A stretch of 64,000 bases of DNA from Felis catus (lineage: Eukaryota). A program made the translations under genes and the position numbers. The first letter of the stretch is position 1, and every line of letters begins with the position of its first letter. The DNA is taken from the NCBI RefSeq assembly GCF_018350175.1, contig NC_058378.1, positions 87,606,001 through 87,670,000 on the forward strand, written 5' to 3'. The notes beneath the pieces are model-generated. The model was not told the DNA's origin. It did no database searches and saw only the letters and a program-made list of their open reading frames with translations. This document shows positions 1 to 13,399 of this stretch, one piece after another.

Positions 1-48
1 AGAGCTTCTTCTCCAACTTGTTTCCCTCTGTTAATGTCATTTCAAAAG
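1..48 (-). CDS. ECHS1: ECHS1 exon 7 (partial, runs off window start): (A)FEMTLTEGNKLEKKL
   Basis: Minus-strand tttcag acceptor ending at 49; translation continues in phase from exon 6 and matches the enoyl-CoA hydratase C-terminal region. Confidence 0.93.
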
Positions 49-381
49 CTGAAAAAGAAAATCCTTAAGTCATAAACTCCGGTGTTAGATGTGGGAACAT
101 ATAAATTTTTTACAGTGATAAGGAACATTTCCCGCTGACCCACATCAACCTCAATTTCACCATGATTGAGACCGCAGCCTGGGAAGCCCTCCCTGGCTGA
201 GACATCAGCAAAGCCACCTGCTCAGAGGGCTTCCTGAGCTTCCTGCCCAGTGGCCGAAAAAACAGAGGCGTGAGGAAATGAGTAAAAGAGTTTAACGACC
301 AACTCTGTCCAATCACAAGAGAATCTGGGAGCCTACAGAAGTAGATGTATTTCACAAAACATTAAAAAAATAAGAATTAAA

Positions 382-595
382 GGGGTGCCTGGGTGGCTCA
401 GTCAGTGGAGCCTCGGACTTTGGCTCAGGTCATGATCTCATGGTTCTCATGGTTCTCATGGTTCGTGTGTCAGCCTCTGCGCTGACAGTGTGGAGCCGGT
501 TGGGGATTTTCCCTCTCCCTCTGCCCCTCCCCTGCTTGTGCTTTCTCTCAAAATAAATAAAAATTACAAAAAAAGAAGAAAAAAAAGGATTTATT
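382..595 (+). mobile_element. CAN-SINE (tRNA-Lys-derived SINEC) with internal (tctcatggt)x3 duplication
   Basis: ggggtgcctgggtggctcagtc head, CT-rich body, aataaa/A-rich tail. Confidence 0.9.
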
Positions 596-1511
596 AAAAA
601 CAAAAAAGGGAACGAAAACCAGAAAAAGGAACATTGTGCCAGAACAGAGTCCTGGAGTCCCGGACAGTAAGAACGCCATTGCTCTGGGCCCCGTCTTTCT
701 GGCGAAGGTGCAGTGTTTCTCTTGGCTGAGCACCAGGAGCAGCAGGTCCTGGGCAAGGGGTGGAACAGTGGCAGGTGCCTCTAACTGTGGCCTCACGGAC
801 ACTCTGCAGGAACAGCAGTGTCCGCTTCTGGAGTGTGTGCTACCCACACACCCCCACAGTGAAGCGTCACAAACACCAGCTCACTCAAATAAGGTGGCGG
901 CAGCCCAGGGTGACCAGCTTTCCCGCATATGAGTGCAGGCCCCGGGGCCTCAGCAGCCATCTCGGGCCCACGGTCTTCTAGGCAGCACCAGGCAAGACCC
1001 CCCAATACCTCGACCACGTGCTCCATTAAAACTCCAGAAATTCTCAGAAGGGCCACAGCCGCTTGGCCGGTAGAGAGCAGATGGAGTCTGGAGCCACGAG
1101 GGGCAGCAGGCACGCTGACCCCGGTTCACAAGGGTGTCCACGAGCCTATACTACCCGTCTGGCCCTGCCCACGGCACAGCCCACACCCTGCTGCGGACAG
1201 GGAAGCATCCCCCACCAGGTTCTGGGGGCTGAGCCGACTTTCTCAGGAGCCAGACTGGTTTCATTCTAGGGACCATCCTGCCCATCCCACCCATTTCCCT
1301 GTAGCCCAGAGCTCGTCACCCTCTGTCCCTCAGGCTGGCTCCTTCCTTGGGTTGTGACAGCAAGGGGACTCAGAAGGTTTCAGGAGAATCTGTAGCCAGC
1401 AACCAAAAACTAGAACTCTACAAAGAGCCAGGATCACAACATGAAGAACCTCGTGATTTCTGTCCAGGGTGGGTTAAGATGCATGACTTAGAACCAAAGC
1501 CTCGAGGCTCA

Positions 1512-1757
<246 letters not shown>

Positions 1758-2162
1758 CTAAGAGCCCGGGTCTTCTGGGTGCTAACAAGGGGCTGCAGTG
1801 ACACAGTAAAGGCTCCACGCCATCCCTGAGGTGGGGCCGATGCCCTCTGCTGCTGGGGCCACTAGGCTCTCACAGACACATAAATTAGGAAGAGAGAGTC
1901 CCCCAGGGGCAGAGAAGGAGTGTGTCTGCCGAGGGTCTCCAAGATCCCCCACCGCTGACACTGAGCTTGGGAAACAGGATGGTTTTCTAATGATTCTTTA
2001 ACCAGATGTTTTAGTTATTTTATACATGGGGCATTCCCAATAAAAAACAAAGGCAGCTGTCTCCGGGGTTCTCGGGACACCGGAAAGCACGGCTGGACAC
2101 AGCTCTCCCCTCTCTACTCAGCTCCCGTGAGGGCGGCTCCATGGGGCAGCGCTGGCTCCCAC

Positions 2163-2267
2163 CTGCTTGCTTGGCATCCTGGGCAGAGATCCGGTCACCA
2201 GTGAGGACCATCTCCATGGCCAGTGACTTTCCAACAGCACGGGTCAGTCTCTGGGTGCCCCCTGCAC
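2163..2267 (-). CDS. ECHS1: ECHS1 exon 5 (105 nt): [35 protein letters not shown]
   Basis: AG/GT boundaries; crotonase PGAGGTQRL motif. Confidence 0.97.
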
Positions 2268-3440
2268 CTGCAGGCACAGAAGGCTGCAGGTCACAGCCAG
2301 TTCATGGCCAGTGCAAGCCAAGACGCTACAGACACCCTTCCAGCAAGTTCTGAGGGGTGAAGATGGGCCCCGTGGGTGGGGCAGGTGGGCAGAAAGGAGG
2401 CAACTTAAAGCCCTCAGGGGAGGCCCCTTTTCCTACTCAGGCCCCACGCCTGGCAGGCCGAGTCCTCTGCATGAGCAGCTCTCTGGCAGGAGTCAGACTG
2501 CTCAGACCCTGGCCCTGCACAACCTGGAGGGCAGCTGGGGTGGCCTCTGACAGTGGCCTGCTGCCCTCAGGGTATGGAGTGAGACCAAGGGCTCCACCTC
2601 CTGGGCTGTTGAGTGTGTCTTTATCTCCAGTGCTGGCTTCTGTGCACCCCACTCACCCTCCTGCTCACTTGACACTCTGCAGCTGGAAAAAGTGATCTGC
2701 CCAGTCATCTGCCCCACGCTGAACCCCAGGCTGCCAGGATGAGCCAAGGGGACCACCTGAGGGAGATACCCACAGTCCAGCAGGCTCAGGTACTATTTCA
2801 AGGAAGTGCAGGCCTTGGGCACAAGGACAGAAGAGCCCAGTGGTCAGCAGAGCTCATCCAGGGCTTTCCTTGCCCGTATCTGACCCCACAGCTGCTCCCT
2901 GCCTGCCGGGCTGCTCAGGAGATACTGTGAGCTCCAGGTTCTACATGCAGGGCAGAGACCCTGTGGGAAGTGAGCCAGGAGTCCTCATCAAGTGGTCCCC
3001 AGGGCACAGAGGAGTCATTGTTTGCCCACGGATCCCGTCAGCCTCCTCGTGCGGTATCTGATTCCCTGCTCTGTTGAACCTGGGGTCACAAGCCAGAATT
3101 ACTGCAACTATAATGCAATATGCAGCCGGCCACTCCTACTAGTGTCTGACAAGGAATCGGGCTGTCATTAAAGGAGACTGCGCAGCCGGAGGCTCTTGAG
3201 CCACTGTCTGAGCACTGTTGTGTCCACTGGGGCTTAGTGTGCTGGCCAGCAGAGGTAGCAATGGGAGCAGAAAGGTGGCCGCCGGGCCAGTGCTCGTTCG
3301 GCAGCCCGGGGTCCCTCGTCAGATGCAAGCTGCATGCTTTTGTCTATTGGTGGAAAAGCCCATCACTTCCTGAGACGTGGGCAAATTCCAGAGAATTATC
3401 TGAAGGAAGACTTTACGTTAGGGAGGTCATCACGCTTTAC

Positions 3441-3540
3441 CTGGGATGGTTCCTAGTAGGATTTCCGGCTGCGCAAACTGGGCTTTCTCTCCGGCATAAA
3501 TGATGTCACACATCATAGCAAGTTCGCAGCCGCCACCAAG
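3441..3540 (-). CDS. ECHS1: ECHS1 exon 4 (100 nt): [33 protein letters not shown], containing both catalytic glutamates
   Basis: ttttgcag acceptor, gtaaag donor; GGGCELA and QPE motifs. Confidence 0.97.
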
Positions 3541-4259
3541 CTGCAAAACATGAGGCGCCACCAGGAAACCCAGTCAGAAATTCACTCTATCTGCCTAAAT
3601 TTTCTGTTAAAATGAACCTGCCCAAGAGTAGCAAGATTCACACAAGAGATGCAAAGTTAGTTACGTGTTCCCATAAGTTACCCACAAATGGCCGATGCTG
3701 GCAACGGGCCCAACAGCAAACTCTCTCAGCTCTGTGGGTCCCACAGGCTCGAAGGCAGCCTCGAAGGCAGCCAGGGAGTTCATGAATTAGCAGGCAGGAT
3801 GGTGGTCCAATAAACCCGACTGGCTGACCCCGGCTTACCCAAGGGGAGCTTTGTTAAAGGATCACTAACAGAGCTGCCATCATCACTTCGCTACGACCAG
3901 CCCCAGTGCCTTTGAGTGCCCATGTGCCTGGACAGAGTCCCTGAACTACCACGCGGAGAACACGTCTCTCAACGGCGGCAGAGGCTGTCAGTTTACAGGT
4001 GCAGGGCAGGCTGCAGCCATTAAAACTGTACAGAAAAGGCAGAACGCAGCCTATAACCTAGTAGAGGCAGTCGTTCCCTGGAGTCATGGGGGCTGCGGTG
4101 GGGACGGAGGGGCTCTCCTAACAAAGGAACCAGAAAGCCAGCGGTTGAACGTCCACTAACAAAAGCCAGTGCTGTAATGTGTTCTCTCTGTGCTTCCCGG
4201 GTCTTTGGCGTCACTTGGTAGGAAGGACATGCTGGCTGGTAACTACACTCTGGCCTTTT

Positions 4260-4473
4260 CTTTTTTTTTTTTTTTTTTTAATATTTATTTATTTTTGGGA
4301 GAGAGACAGAGCATGAGCAGGGGAGGGGCAGAGAGAGAGGGAGACACAGAATCCGAAGCAGGCTCCAGGCTCCGAGCTGTCAGCACAGAGCCTGATGCGG
4401 GACTCGAACCCACGAACTGTGAGATCACAACCTGAGCCAAAGTCAGACACTTAACCGACTGAGCCACCCAGGT
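4260..4473 (-). mobile_element. CAN-SINE (SINEC_Fc-like)
   Basis: poly-T, gagagagagggagacacagaatccgaagcaggctccagg, ends gagccacccagg. Confidence 0.92.
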
Positions 4474-4552
4474 CACTCTGGCCTTTTCAAAACAAAAATC
4501 GGTTATTTGATGCCTGCTAGTATGCTGAGAGGAGGTGTGGCCCGACACTCAC

Positions 4553-4680
4553 GGCATAGCCATTGACAGCAGCTATGACTGGCTTCTTAACCCGGGCAAG
4601 TCGGTCCCAGTGGCTCAAAAACATGCTGGAGTAACAGTCCTGGAACGTTCGGCTCTGCATCTCCTTGATGTCGGCTCCAG
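4553..4680 (-). CDS. ECHS1: ECHS1 exon 3 (128 nt): [43 protein letters not shown]
   Basis: cccag acceptor, gtgagt donor; AGADIKEM oxyanion-hole motif. Confidence 0.97.
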
Positions 4681-5181
4681 CTGGGGGGTGGAAACGAGGT
4701 CCCAGTTACGAGAGCAGAGACCCCATGTTGCTATGGGAGCTGTGAGTGTGTAGGAACGGCCAAGCAGGACCTGTGAGGCGATGGCCACAGGGACAGAGGC
4801 GGCAGCAGGGACAGAGGCGATACACCATGGTATCTGTTGACGGAGGTGACACAGAGGGACCGCGGGATAGGAACCAGGTGCAAGCGGGACTCAGAAGGCT
4901 TATTCATTAGTCACTTAAGCCCTCAACGCACATAAAACCCGACTGTCGGGGACCTGAATTCCTCTCAAACTCATTTTGCTGGTGGAGCACACTTGAATGT
5001 TAAACAGACAGAGCAGTTATTTGAAGAAATACTGGTGTCGTTTATGCTTTACATTTAAAGAAACCCCAAGTACTAAAGCGTCTGATGCTGCCGCGGAGGT
5101 CTAAGTGCCTACAATGCCACGTGCCACGGTCAGACCGCCCCTCCAACACCTGGCTGACCGGCGGCCATGCTGCCCACACAC

Positions 5182-5379
5182 CTGCAAATGCCTTCTCCCC
5201 ACCCGTGAGGACGATGGCCCCCACAGCGGGGTCCTCCTCAAAGGCGTCCAGTGCCTGGTTGAGCTCCATCATCAGGCCATTGCAGAGCGCGTTGAGTGCT
5301 TTGGGGCGGTTCAGTTGGATCAGCCCCACGTTGCCGTCCTTCCCCTTCTTTTCTGTGATGAGGTACTGAAAGTCAGCAC
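5182..5379 (-). CDS. ECHS1: ECHS1 exon 2 (198 nt): [35 protein letters not shown]...GGEKAFA
   Basis: AG/GT boundaries; [10 protein letters not shown] motif; lies within ORF 5042..5410. Confidence 0.97.
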
Positions 5380-5949
5380 CTGGGGTGAGAGGGGACAAAG
5401 GGATTTCCATTCACGTAGGCATCGAACTAGCGGGACTTAACCCGTCAGTGGACGGAGTGACCCTGACATGCCCCCGGCCCGGTCCTCAGGCAGCAGCACA
5501 CAGCTTTCAGCCTCATGGGTGGCCTCTGTACCAGTCTCTACCCTCACAGAAGTGTGAACATTTCCTTAAGCTAGAAAGCAAACCCAACAATAAATAGCAG
5601 CCCACAGCGGCCTTCCTTCTCCTGCATGTGCTGGTCAACACCGCCCAGAAGCTGCACTAGGGACATCCCGTGACCCTGCAGAAACAAGGGATGGGGACAT
5701 AGGTTCCTTCAACAAATGCCAACTCGGTGGCAGAACCAAGCTGCGGACAGAACACAGCAGGAGGCACACACAGGGAAAAGGTGACTGCCGCGGCCGGGAG
5801 GCTCAGGCCGCTCAGATTTGGGGGGTCAGTAAGGCCTGGAGAGGAAGAAGTGTAACCTCGGAAACCACAGGTGTGTGTGTGTGTGGGGGGGTGAGGATCG
5901 GCACCTACCCTGGGGGTCGGTTGGGGAGCGACACGGAAAATACTTAGCG

Positions 5950-7460
5950 CGAATGCTGCCTGGGAAACGACTGCTGACTGCAGGTCAGGGGCAGAAGCGA
6001 ACCTCAAGGAAACGGAGGGTAAGACCACAGGCCCTGGCAGCGGGCAGTCACGTGGGTACCTGCGTGGGGACCCGCCAAAGGAAGAGGAGGCAGGGATTCG
6101 CCCAGCTCAGGGACAGGCCGAGCGCTCCTCGGGAGGCCCGCGGCCCCGGCTGAAGGCTGAGTGCGGGACGGGCCGGCCAGACCTGGGGCAGCAGCGGAGA
6201 CGGGCGGCCCGCACTGGAGGCCTGCCGGACCAAGCACGTGGCCGTTTCCAATCCCGAGGCCCCAACTGCACCTTCTCTTGAACTCCCGAAAACCAACAAG
6301 CGAACTGAAACGGCCAGCGGTCTCGGCACGTGGTCCTGATCCCAACTGAGGGGGCACCAGTAACCTCAGGGCCCAGCGGGGGAGGCGGCAGGTGCTGAGG
6401 GGCGGGGTCAGGCCCTGGCGGCGACTGCGGGTGCTGAGGGGTCAGCTCCGGGGTCGAGCAGGGTCAGGCCCGGGAGTCCCAGGTGCGGCCGCGGTGCCGG
6501 GCCCCCACCCCGGGTCCGCGCCCTCGGCCCCGCACTCACCCGAGGCGAAGGCGCGCAGGGCCGCGCAGCCGAGCCGGGGGCGCAGCGGGCCGCGGACGGA
6601 GGGCAGCAGGGCGCGCAGGGCGGCCATGGCGCTCTGGGACGAGTCGCCCCGCCCCGCGGAGCCGCCCCCGGCTCCGCCAGTCAGGGCCCGGCCCGCCTCC
6701 TGGCCGGCGTCGCGAGAAGGCGAGGGCATCGCGAGACCAGCGGCGTGCCGGAAGGAGGCGTGACGAGGCCGGGGGAAGGGGTCGAGGCTGGAGGAGCCGA
6801 ACCCGGCGCGCGGGTGGCGGCGGTGGGCTGAGGGATTTTGGGGGAGCCCCGGGCGGCGGACACCAGCCCTGAAGATGCCGAGGGCCAGGCCCGCCGCTGT
6901 CTGACCGCCCGTGGGGACCCCAGTCAAGGCGCCTGACGTGCCCGGGAAGGTCGCCAGGGGCTGCCGGGGCCTCTTCTTGACCTTGACCTTTAGCCTTCGG
7001 CCCTTGCCACCCCGTTCCGGACGTGTCCCCCCACTTCCGGGACGAGCCCCCACGCGGCTTTCCCGGAGGCCGGGTTCGGGGCAGGGCTCGCGGGCGCGGG
7101 GTCCCAAGCCTGTGCGCCCTTGGGGACGCCCTGGGTCTCTCACCGCCCCCCCCCCCCCCAGTCCTGCACGACAAGCGTGACCGCGGAGTCGGAAAGAAGC
7201 TGAACGGAGTGATGGCTCCTGAGCGCTGTCCCGGGGGTGGCTGGCATTCTGTTGGTGCTTCGCCCCCGCAGCCCCGCGCGCTCGGCGCCGCGGAGACATT
7301 GTGGTGTCCCTGGCCCGCGTGCGCTCACGGTGGGGCGTCCCTGGCTGCACCTCCCGCGCACACGGTGCGGTGCGTCCCGGGCCCTCGCGCTCGGTGTTGC
7401 ATAGTCCCCAGCACCGAAATTTTTGTACGTGTAGGACTAGACAGCGTGCGTGCGTCGCCG
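5950..7460. promoter_or_regulatory. CpG island / ECHS1 promoter: GC boxes, two TCGCGAGA elements (6710, 6729), ETS-type CCGGAAG (~6748, ~7033), ERR-type TGACCTTGACCTT (6978-6990)
   Basis: Very high GC and CpG density around exon 1; motifs read directly. Confidence 0.8.
6540..6627 (-). CDS. ECHS1: ECHS1 exon 1 coding part (88 nt): mitochondrial targeting peptide MAALRALLPSVRGPLRPRLGCAALRAFAS
   Basis: gccATGg Kozak context, Arg-rich acid-free presequence, gtgagt donor at 6539. Confidence 0.95.
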
Positions 7461-7689
7461 TACTGATTGTTTACACTGGCGGCCAGGTAGCTACTGAATA
7501 CTAGATTATGGGTAGCTTTATAAAAGTAATATTTAACTAAATTTTAAGAATGACCTTGTAAGTTTAAATTCTTTTGGTTGTAAGTTACGAGTGCTCAGAC
7601 ACCAGGCTTCCATTTGTATCTTGTGCAGGCTCTGCAAATGGAGACAAAAGACAGAGTCTACAAGTGGAAAGTACAATTGGAGTTTTAAG

Positions 7690-8350
7690 TAAATAAAAAA
7701 TTCAAACCAGAACCGAATACTCGGCAAGGTTTATTTCAAGGCTGAGGGTGGAATAAAGGCCTTTTCATGCAAACAGAAACATTGCCAACTCTGTGCTAAA
7801 GGAGACTGTCCGCGTGGGCTGCACGGCTGGAACAGGCACACAAAATGAAATGGTTCCAGCATGAGAGAAGTTTCTGGGACCCTAGGGCTGGTGTTGAGGA
7901 GGGTGCCTGCTGTCCTCCATGAGGACAAGAGCACAAGTGACAGAACAAATGTATTAACCTTCAAAATAAAAGTCACTTACTTTACCAGCAAAAATGGGTT
8001 TATTTGGAAATAGCAGAGAAGAGCAATTAGGGACATGCCAGCTATAGTCCAGTGCAACAGAGGAGAGGAACTTTAGTTTATGCAGAAGGAGGACTTTGGG
8101 AGGCACTGCCTCAAACTAAAGTCTTTTGGAGAGAAGCAAGAGTTCCTGGTGATGAGCGTTTCTTGGCTGAGTTGCAGGAGTGGTCCTTGTTTTTGTGCAC
8201 ATGCAATGTTCACCTCTTCCTGTAGGGGCCTGTAATTGATGATCCTTTATTCCCAAGGATTCTTAGGTTGGGTCTGTAATTCACAATTCTTGCAATCCAC
8301 ATGGAGTGGTATGGCTCCCCCTTTTGGCCTCGGGACTCTATTTTGGTGAG
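7690..8350. mobile_element. Degenerate ERV LTR-like fragments
   Basis: gggtttatttggaaatagcagagaa and cacaattcttgcaat segments resemble the LTR-like block at 10372-11000; family not assignable by eye. Confidence 0.45.
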
Positions 8351-8548
8351 NNNNNNNNNNNNNNNNNNNNNNNNNNNNNNNNNNNNNNNNNNNNNNNNNN
8401 NNNNNNNNNNNNNNNNNNNNNNNNNNNNNNNNNNNNNNNNNNNNNNNNNNNNNNNNNNNNNNNNNNNNNNNNNNNNNNNNNNNNNNNNNNNNNNNNNNNN
8501 NNNNNNNNNNNNNNNNNNNNNNNNNNNNNNNNNNNNNNNNNNNNNNNN
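8351..8548. other. Assembly gap (N run); other gaps at 29860-30049, 36531-36683, 55013-55266, 58221-58357, 58953-59188
   Basis: N characters. Confidence 1.
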
Positions 8549-8549
8549 T

Positions 8550-9670
8550 AAAACCTTTGTATTCCAAAGAACACCACGAAGAAAGTGAAAAGACAACCCA
8601 CAGAATGAGAAAAATTTTTTGCAAACAAAAGATGTGATAAGGGTCTTGTGTCTAGAATATATAAAAACACTTTCAACTCTGTAATAAAAAGGCAAACCAT
8701 TAAAAAGTGGGCAAAGGAGGGGTGCCTAGATGGCTCAGTCGGAAGGCCGTGCGACTCTTGATCTTGGGGTTGTAAGTTCGAGTTCCACGTTTGGTGTAGC
8801 GGTTACTAAAAAGGAAACCAAAAAATGGGCAAAGACTTGAACAGAAACTTCTCCAATAAAGATATACAGATGACCAATGTGCACACAAAAAGGTGCTCAG
8901 TATCTGTAGTCACTAGGGAAATGCAAATCAAAACCACAATGAGAGATCACCTCATACTAGAATGGCTATAACCAAAAAGGACAGATAATGGTAACTGTTC
9001 GCAAGGATGTGGAGAAACTGGAAGGCTTATTCACTGCTGCTGGGAATGTAAAACAATGCAGTCACTTTGGAAGGTAGTCTGGCAGTTCCTCAAAAAGTTA
9101 AACATAGTGTGACCATATGACCCAGCAATTCTACTCCTGCGTATATACCCAAGAGAATGAAAACATAGGTCTACACAAAATCTTGTTCGTGAATATTCAT
9201 AGCAGTGTTATTCATAGTATCAAAAATGTGGGAAAAAAATCCAAATGCCAATCACCTTAATGGGTAAAAATGTGGTATGTCTATACAATGAATGCATTAA
9301 AATGGATTAGAATACACAATAGAATGTTATTTGGCAGTAAAATGAGGTGTACTGACACCTGCTACAATGTGGGTGAACGATATGCTGAGTGAAAAAGGCC
9401 CCGTACTATTGTATGACTCCATTTACACAAATGTCCAGAATAGGCAGATCCATAGCGGCAGAAATCAGATTAGTAATCGCCAGGGGTTGCAGAAGGGGTG
9501 TGGTGGGGCACTGCTAAAAAGGAGGTTTCTTCTTGGAGTGACGAGCATGTTCCAAACTTGCTTGTGGTGATGGTTTCACAGCTCTGTAAACATACGGTAA
9601 ACCAGTGAATTGCACACTTTAAACGGGTGAACTATATGGCATGTGAATTGTGATCAGTAAAGCTGTTTAC
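8550..9670 (+). mobile_element. Old L1 (L1MB/MC-like) ORF2 3' end and 3'UTR, interrupted by a short SINE
   Basis: gaaatgcaaatcaaaaccacaatgaga, ccatatgacccagcaattctactcct, 3'UTR ending tgtgaattgtgatcagtaaagctg. Confidence 0.9.
8718..8820 (+). mobile_element. Short tRNA-like CAN-SINE nested in L1, with TSD aaaa(g)tgggcaaag
   Basis: A/B-box head ggggtgcctagatggctcagtcgg...gttcgagtt; flanking duplication at ~8702-8716 and ~8821-8834. Confidence 0.85.
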
Positions 9671-10371
9671 AACTGGACAACTTGATTTACTTAGGTCACA
9701 TGGGCAACATCACTGTGTAGTTGCAGCCTCGATGGCCGGGGTGGCCCTCGGGCTGATCAGAAGCTCATGACAGAAACAAGGGTGTCCTGTGTGTGCTTGA
9801 GCTGCTGCTGGTGGCCTCAGACACAGCCAAGTAGTCCAGCCCCGGTCGTGGCCATGGGACTTTTCTGTTTCCAAGAATGTGGGACGAGGATGACAGACCC
9901 AGCTACCGGTCACAGTGCTGGTTGCAGCTATAGTTTGATTCAGGCGGTGGTGCCACAGTGAAGGGACACAGGGGCAGGAGATGTCCTTTCCTACAGCCGG
10001 GGGACTAAGGTGCTCCCTCCCCCAGGTGTCAACCTAGCTGTCTTCTCTCCCCAGCCATAAACTCAAGTTGTGAACTTTGCCTTCTCTCCAATCACCCTTT
10101 ACATGCACCCAGGCCTTCCATTCAGATGTCATCTGCATGGGCCACCACTGGGCTGGGGGCAGGGGTACACATGGAGCAGGTATTCAGTCAAGTGGTCCCT
10201 GCCTTCAAGGTGTAGGACTGTGTCAAACAAGAAGATCCAGGGGAGTGGGCCAGAATTAAGTTTGAGTCCCCCAGACCCTGTTTTGGCCAGCTTCTTATCC
10301 AGGAATGATCAGGGCAGAATCTAACTTCCTAAATAGGCCCCTGCAACCCCTCATGATCCTGATCTTACCAG

Positions 10372-11000
10372 TGTTGACTGAGAAAAGAGGCAGAGTTGAA
10401 GTAAAACAAAAGCATTATTTGGGGTCTCAGAATTGCAATTTGGGGAGTAGAGATTTGGGTAGCAGCCCAAATTGTGTCCTCCTAGGGAAAAAACATCAAG
10501 GTTTTTTATTTTGATCTTTTTCAAGTTTATTTATTCATTTTGAGAGAGAATGAGGGCAAGAGCAGGGGAGGGGCAGAGAGAGAGGGAAAGAGAGAACCCC
10601 AAGCGGGCTCCACACTGCACAGAGCTCACAAACAGCGAGATCATGACCTGACCTGAAATCAAGAGTCTGATGCTCAACTGACTGAGCCACCCAGGCACCC
10701 CAGAAGTCGGGGCTCTTTAAAGACCAAAGGGAATGCTTGTAGGCACTGTTTACTAAGAATTTTGATTGGTGTGGGCAGTAGAAAGCTAATCTTGGCTGAA
10801 TATAATCGATTGCTAAGGCTACCACTAAGCAAAGTCTTTCTGTGCTGCGTTGCCGGTGTTTGGGCAGAGTCCTTGGAGCCCAGTTCAAAGTTCATGGCTT
10901 TACCTGGTGAGGGCGTGAACAGGCTGTCCCCTTGAAGGCCCCTGGCTCCATCTGAAAAACTCCTTGACAAACGTGACTCCATCTCATTTTACCTTTCACA
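10372..11000 (-). mobile_element. ERV solo LTR-like element interrupted by a CAN-SINE (10510-10701, - strand)
   Basis: tgt...aca termini (tgttgactgag / cctttcaca); SINE body recognisable inside. Confidence 0.6.
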
Positions 11001-11400
11001 CCAGAAAGAACAGGCTGGCTGCTGGAGGAGGAGAAAGTCCCCACTCATGAGGTACCAGATGCTTGGGGTATGGACATCATCAAATACCTGTTTCTGGGCA
11101 GCCACTGGCAGACGATAAAGGGACAGGATAACCGAAAACATGGCACCGGGTAGTTTCAAGGGTGATAGAGCCAGCTGACAGGACAAGGGCGGTGACAACG
11201 TGGCCTGAAAATGGGGCTGCAGCTGTGAGACACAGCCAGCCACCTGGAGAGAGGGCTGACATCTGGCCAGTTAGTCTGCTCAGAGTGACCAAGGCCCAGA
11301 CGAGGAGGTCCCCCTCCCTGAAGGATGACGTGTGCCTCACGGCCCCATGGGTCGTGTCCTCGAGTGTGGTATTGTGCTGCCACATCAGGGGCAATGGGCG

Positions 11401-11907
11401 TGTCACTAGAAACTCTCTAACAAGCTCCAAACAAGCCACAATGACCCAGTTTTCTAGCCCTGCTTACAGGGGCTGCTTGCCACCCAAAACTAAGGCCCAG
11501 GCCAGAAGCCACGAGCTCTAAACAAGCCCCCAAAGCCCAGTTTTTGACCAGTTTGATCCAGTTCCGGCAGCGGGCTAACCCTCCAGGTGACCTTGGGATT
11601 GTAACAGAAAACACCCGCTAGCACCCTGACAGACCCACTGTGCCCATTTAGGGAAAACAGAGGTTGCGCTGACTCCAAGAAAGCCTCCTTCTTCCCTGAA
11701 AAACCCCGCCAGCTTGCTCACTAGCCCCTTAAGTACCCTGACGCCATAAAACCCTGACCCTGAGACCTGATCCAGGAGACGGAACCTTTAGAGCACAAGC
11801 TCCTCTTCTCTATTCTCTGGTCATTGAATAAATTACCGGCTTGCCATCAAATACTATTTGGTTATTTGGCAAACAGTACTGAGTAGGAACTAGCCACTTT
11901 GATAACA
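11401..11907 (+). mobile_element. Putative solo LTR
   Basis: TG..CA ends (tgtcactag / gataaca), TATA-like cataaaa ~11745, aataaa at ~11828. Confidence 0.5.
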
Positions 11908-13399
11908 GATGGGCTTCTTGGGCTCCACCACCAGCTTGACTTCAGGGGTCACATCAGGGCTCTCACCACGGGCATACCTGTAGAAGACCCAGAGACCAGC
12001 AGCCATTTTCTGGAGTTTGGGACACCAAGAGTCTTTAATCTGTGGGTTGAAGTGTCCTCAGTGGTAGACCAGACATCTGGGACATTGACCACAGCTCAGT
12101 GACCCTGCTGAGTTGAACCCTGGGGGAACCCCAGGGCATATAGGGGAACCTCTGAGGAGGAAGCCCCCTGAACCAGCGGCTTTACTCCAGGTGCTACAGT
12201 CGGGGGTAACGTTTTCCCCAAAGGGAGAGCTCTCTCTTCCAGAAAACAGGTGATACTAGGGTCAGGGTGACTGTACCCCAAACATGTTTCATTGGATTCA
12301 TCAGATCGGCAGGGATGTCAGGCTGAGTGACAAGGCCAGGGGTCTGGCGGTCAGCTCTGTGAACTGGTCTTGTCCTGGCACTGCTTCTGGGTTCCCTGCA
12401 ACCTCCGGTTTCCTCCTGGGGCTTTATGTCCCTGCCAGGGGCTGTGCAGGGGTCAGGTGAGTGCCTCCAGTCAGAGGGTGCACCTCTAGGGACCGGCACC
12501 CTCTGACACGCTGTGTTATCCCCGTCTTTCCCTGCACCAGACAGCTGTCAAGGATCCTATTGGGGAGCAGGGATGAGGTACAGAGGGAGGAGCCCAGGGC
12601 CACCTGCCCAGCATGCAGCTGCACAAAAGCTGCCCTCCAACCACTGTGGTCCCCAGGGGCAGAGATCGTTCCTGGCAGTCACTCGTGGGTGTCCCGGCCT
12701 GCTTGGTTGCCTATATGACCGGCCACAGAAACTGTTCAGTGTCGGGAGACAGGTGAGCCTGTGGTCTGGGCACTCTGCAAGAATTCTCAGACACTGCTTC
12801 CTGCCTGTGGCAGCACCCCTCCCAACATCATTCTTTTAAGGTGCATGTATTGCTTGCATGTACATTTCATTGAGAGTCACATATTTACTCATATTTTTAT
12901 GTCTACTTTCTGAATTCCACAAGGGCTGGGATTTTGCCACTATTTGGTCATTATTCAGGGGTGAGTCTTCTGCACCTTGCATCATTTGAATAGGTATTCT
13001 CATGTTTAAGAAACTGTTAAGATTACAGGCAGTAATCTGTTAAGTAACTGTTAAGACACAGGCCCTGGTGACTGTCCGGTGCCATCCTGGCAGCAGCCTG
13101 GAAGTCTGTCTCTGCACAGAGGCACAGTTGGGAGTGCGTCTCCAGCACCCAGAAAACTGACCGTCTGCACTCTCTTCCACTCTTTGGCTCCAAAATACTA
13201 GCAGGCAGGCATGCATGCTGCACGCAGGACACCGGAAGATGTCCTGGGGAGACTGGCCAGCCCAGAGGAAAGACTTAGAGATACTGATGGGGGGGGCTCC
13301 CCAATCAACAGGCCCCCTGAGCACCCCAGAGTCAAACTCAAATTTGATGAGTCCCACTTACAAGTCTAATATTTCCAAATAGCCTTCTGGTATATTCCT

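Noticed and set aside
5400-6500. Intronic miRNA reported at the human ECHS1 locus
   Set aside because: I could not recognise a hairpin or mature sequence here.
6442-7350. 302-aa ORF extending ECHS1 N-terminally
   Set aside because: GC-rich open frame over the promoter. The ATG at 6627 has a strong Kozak context and starts the mitochondrial presequence.
8210-8700. ORFs containing X runs here and at the other gaps
   Set aside because: Artefacts of N gaps.
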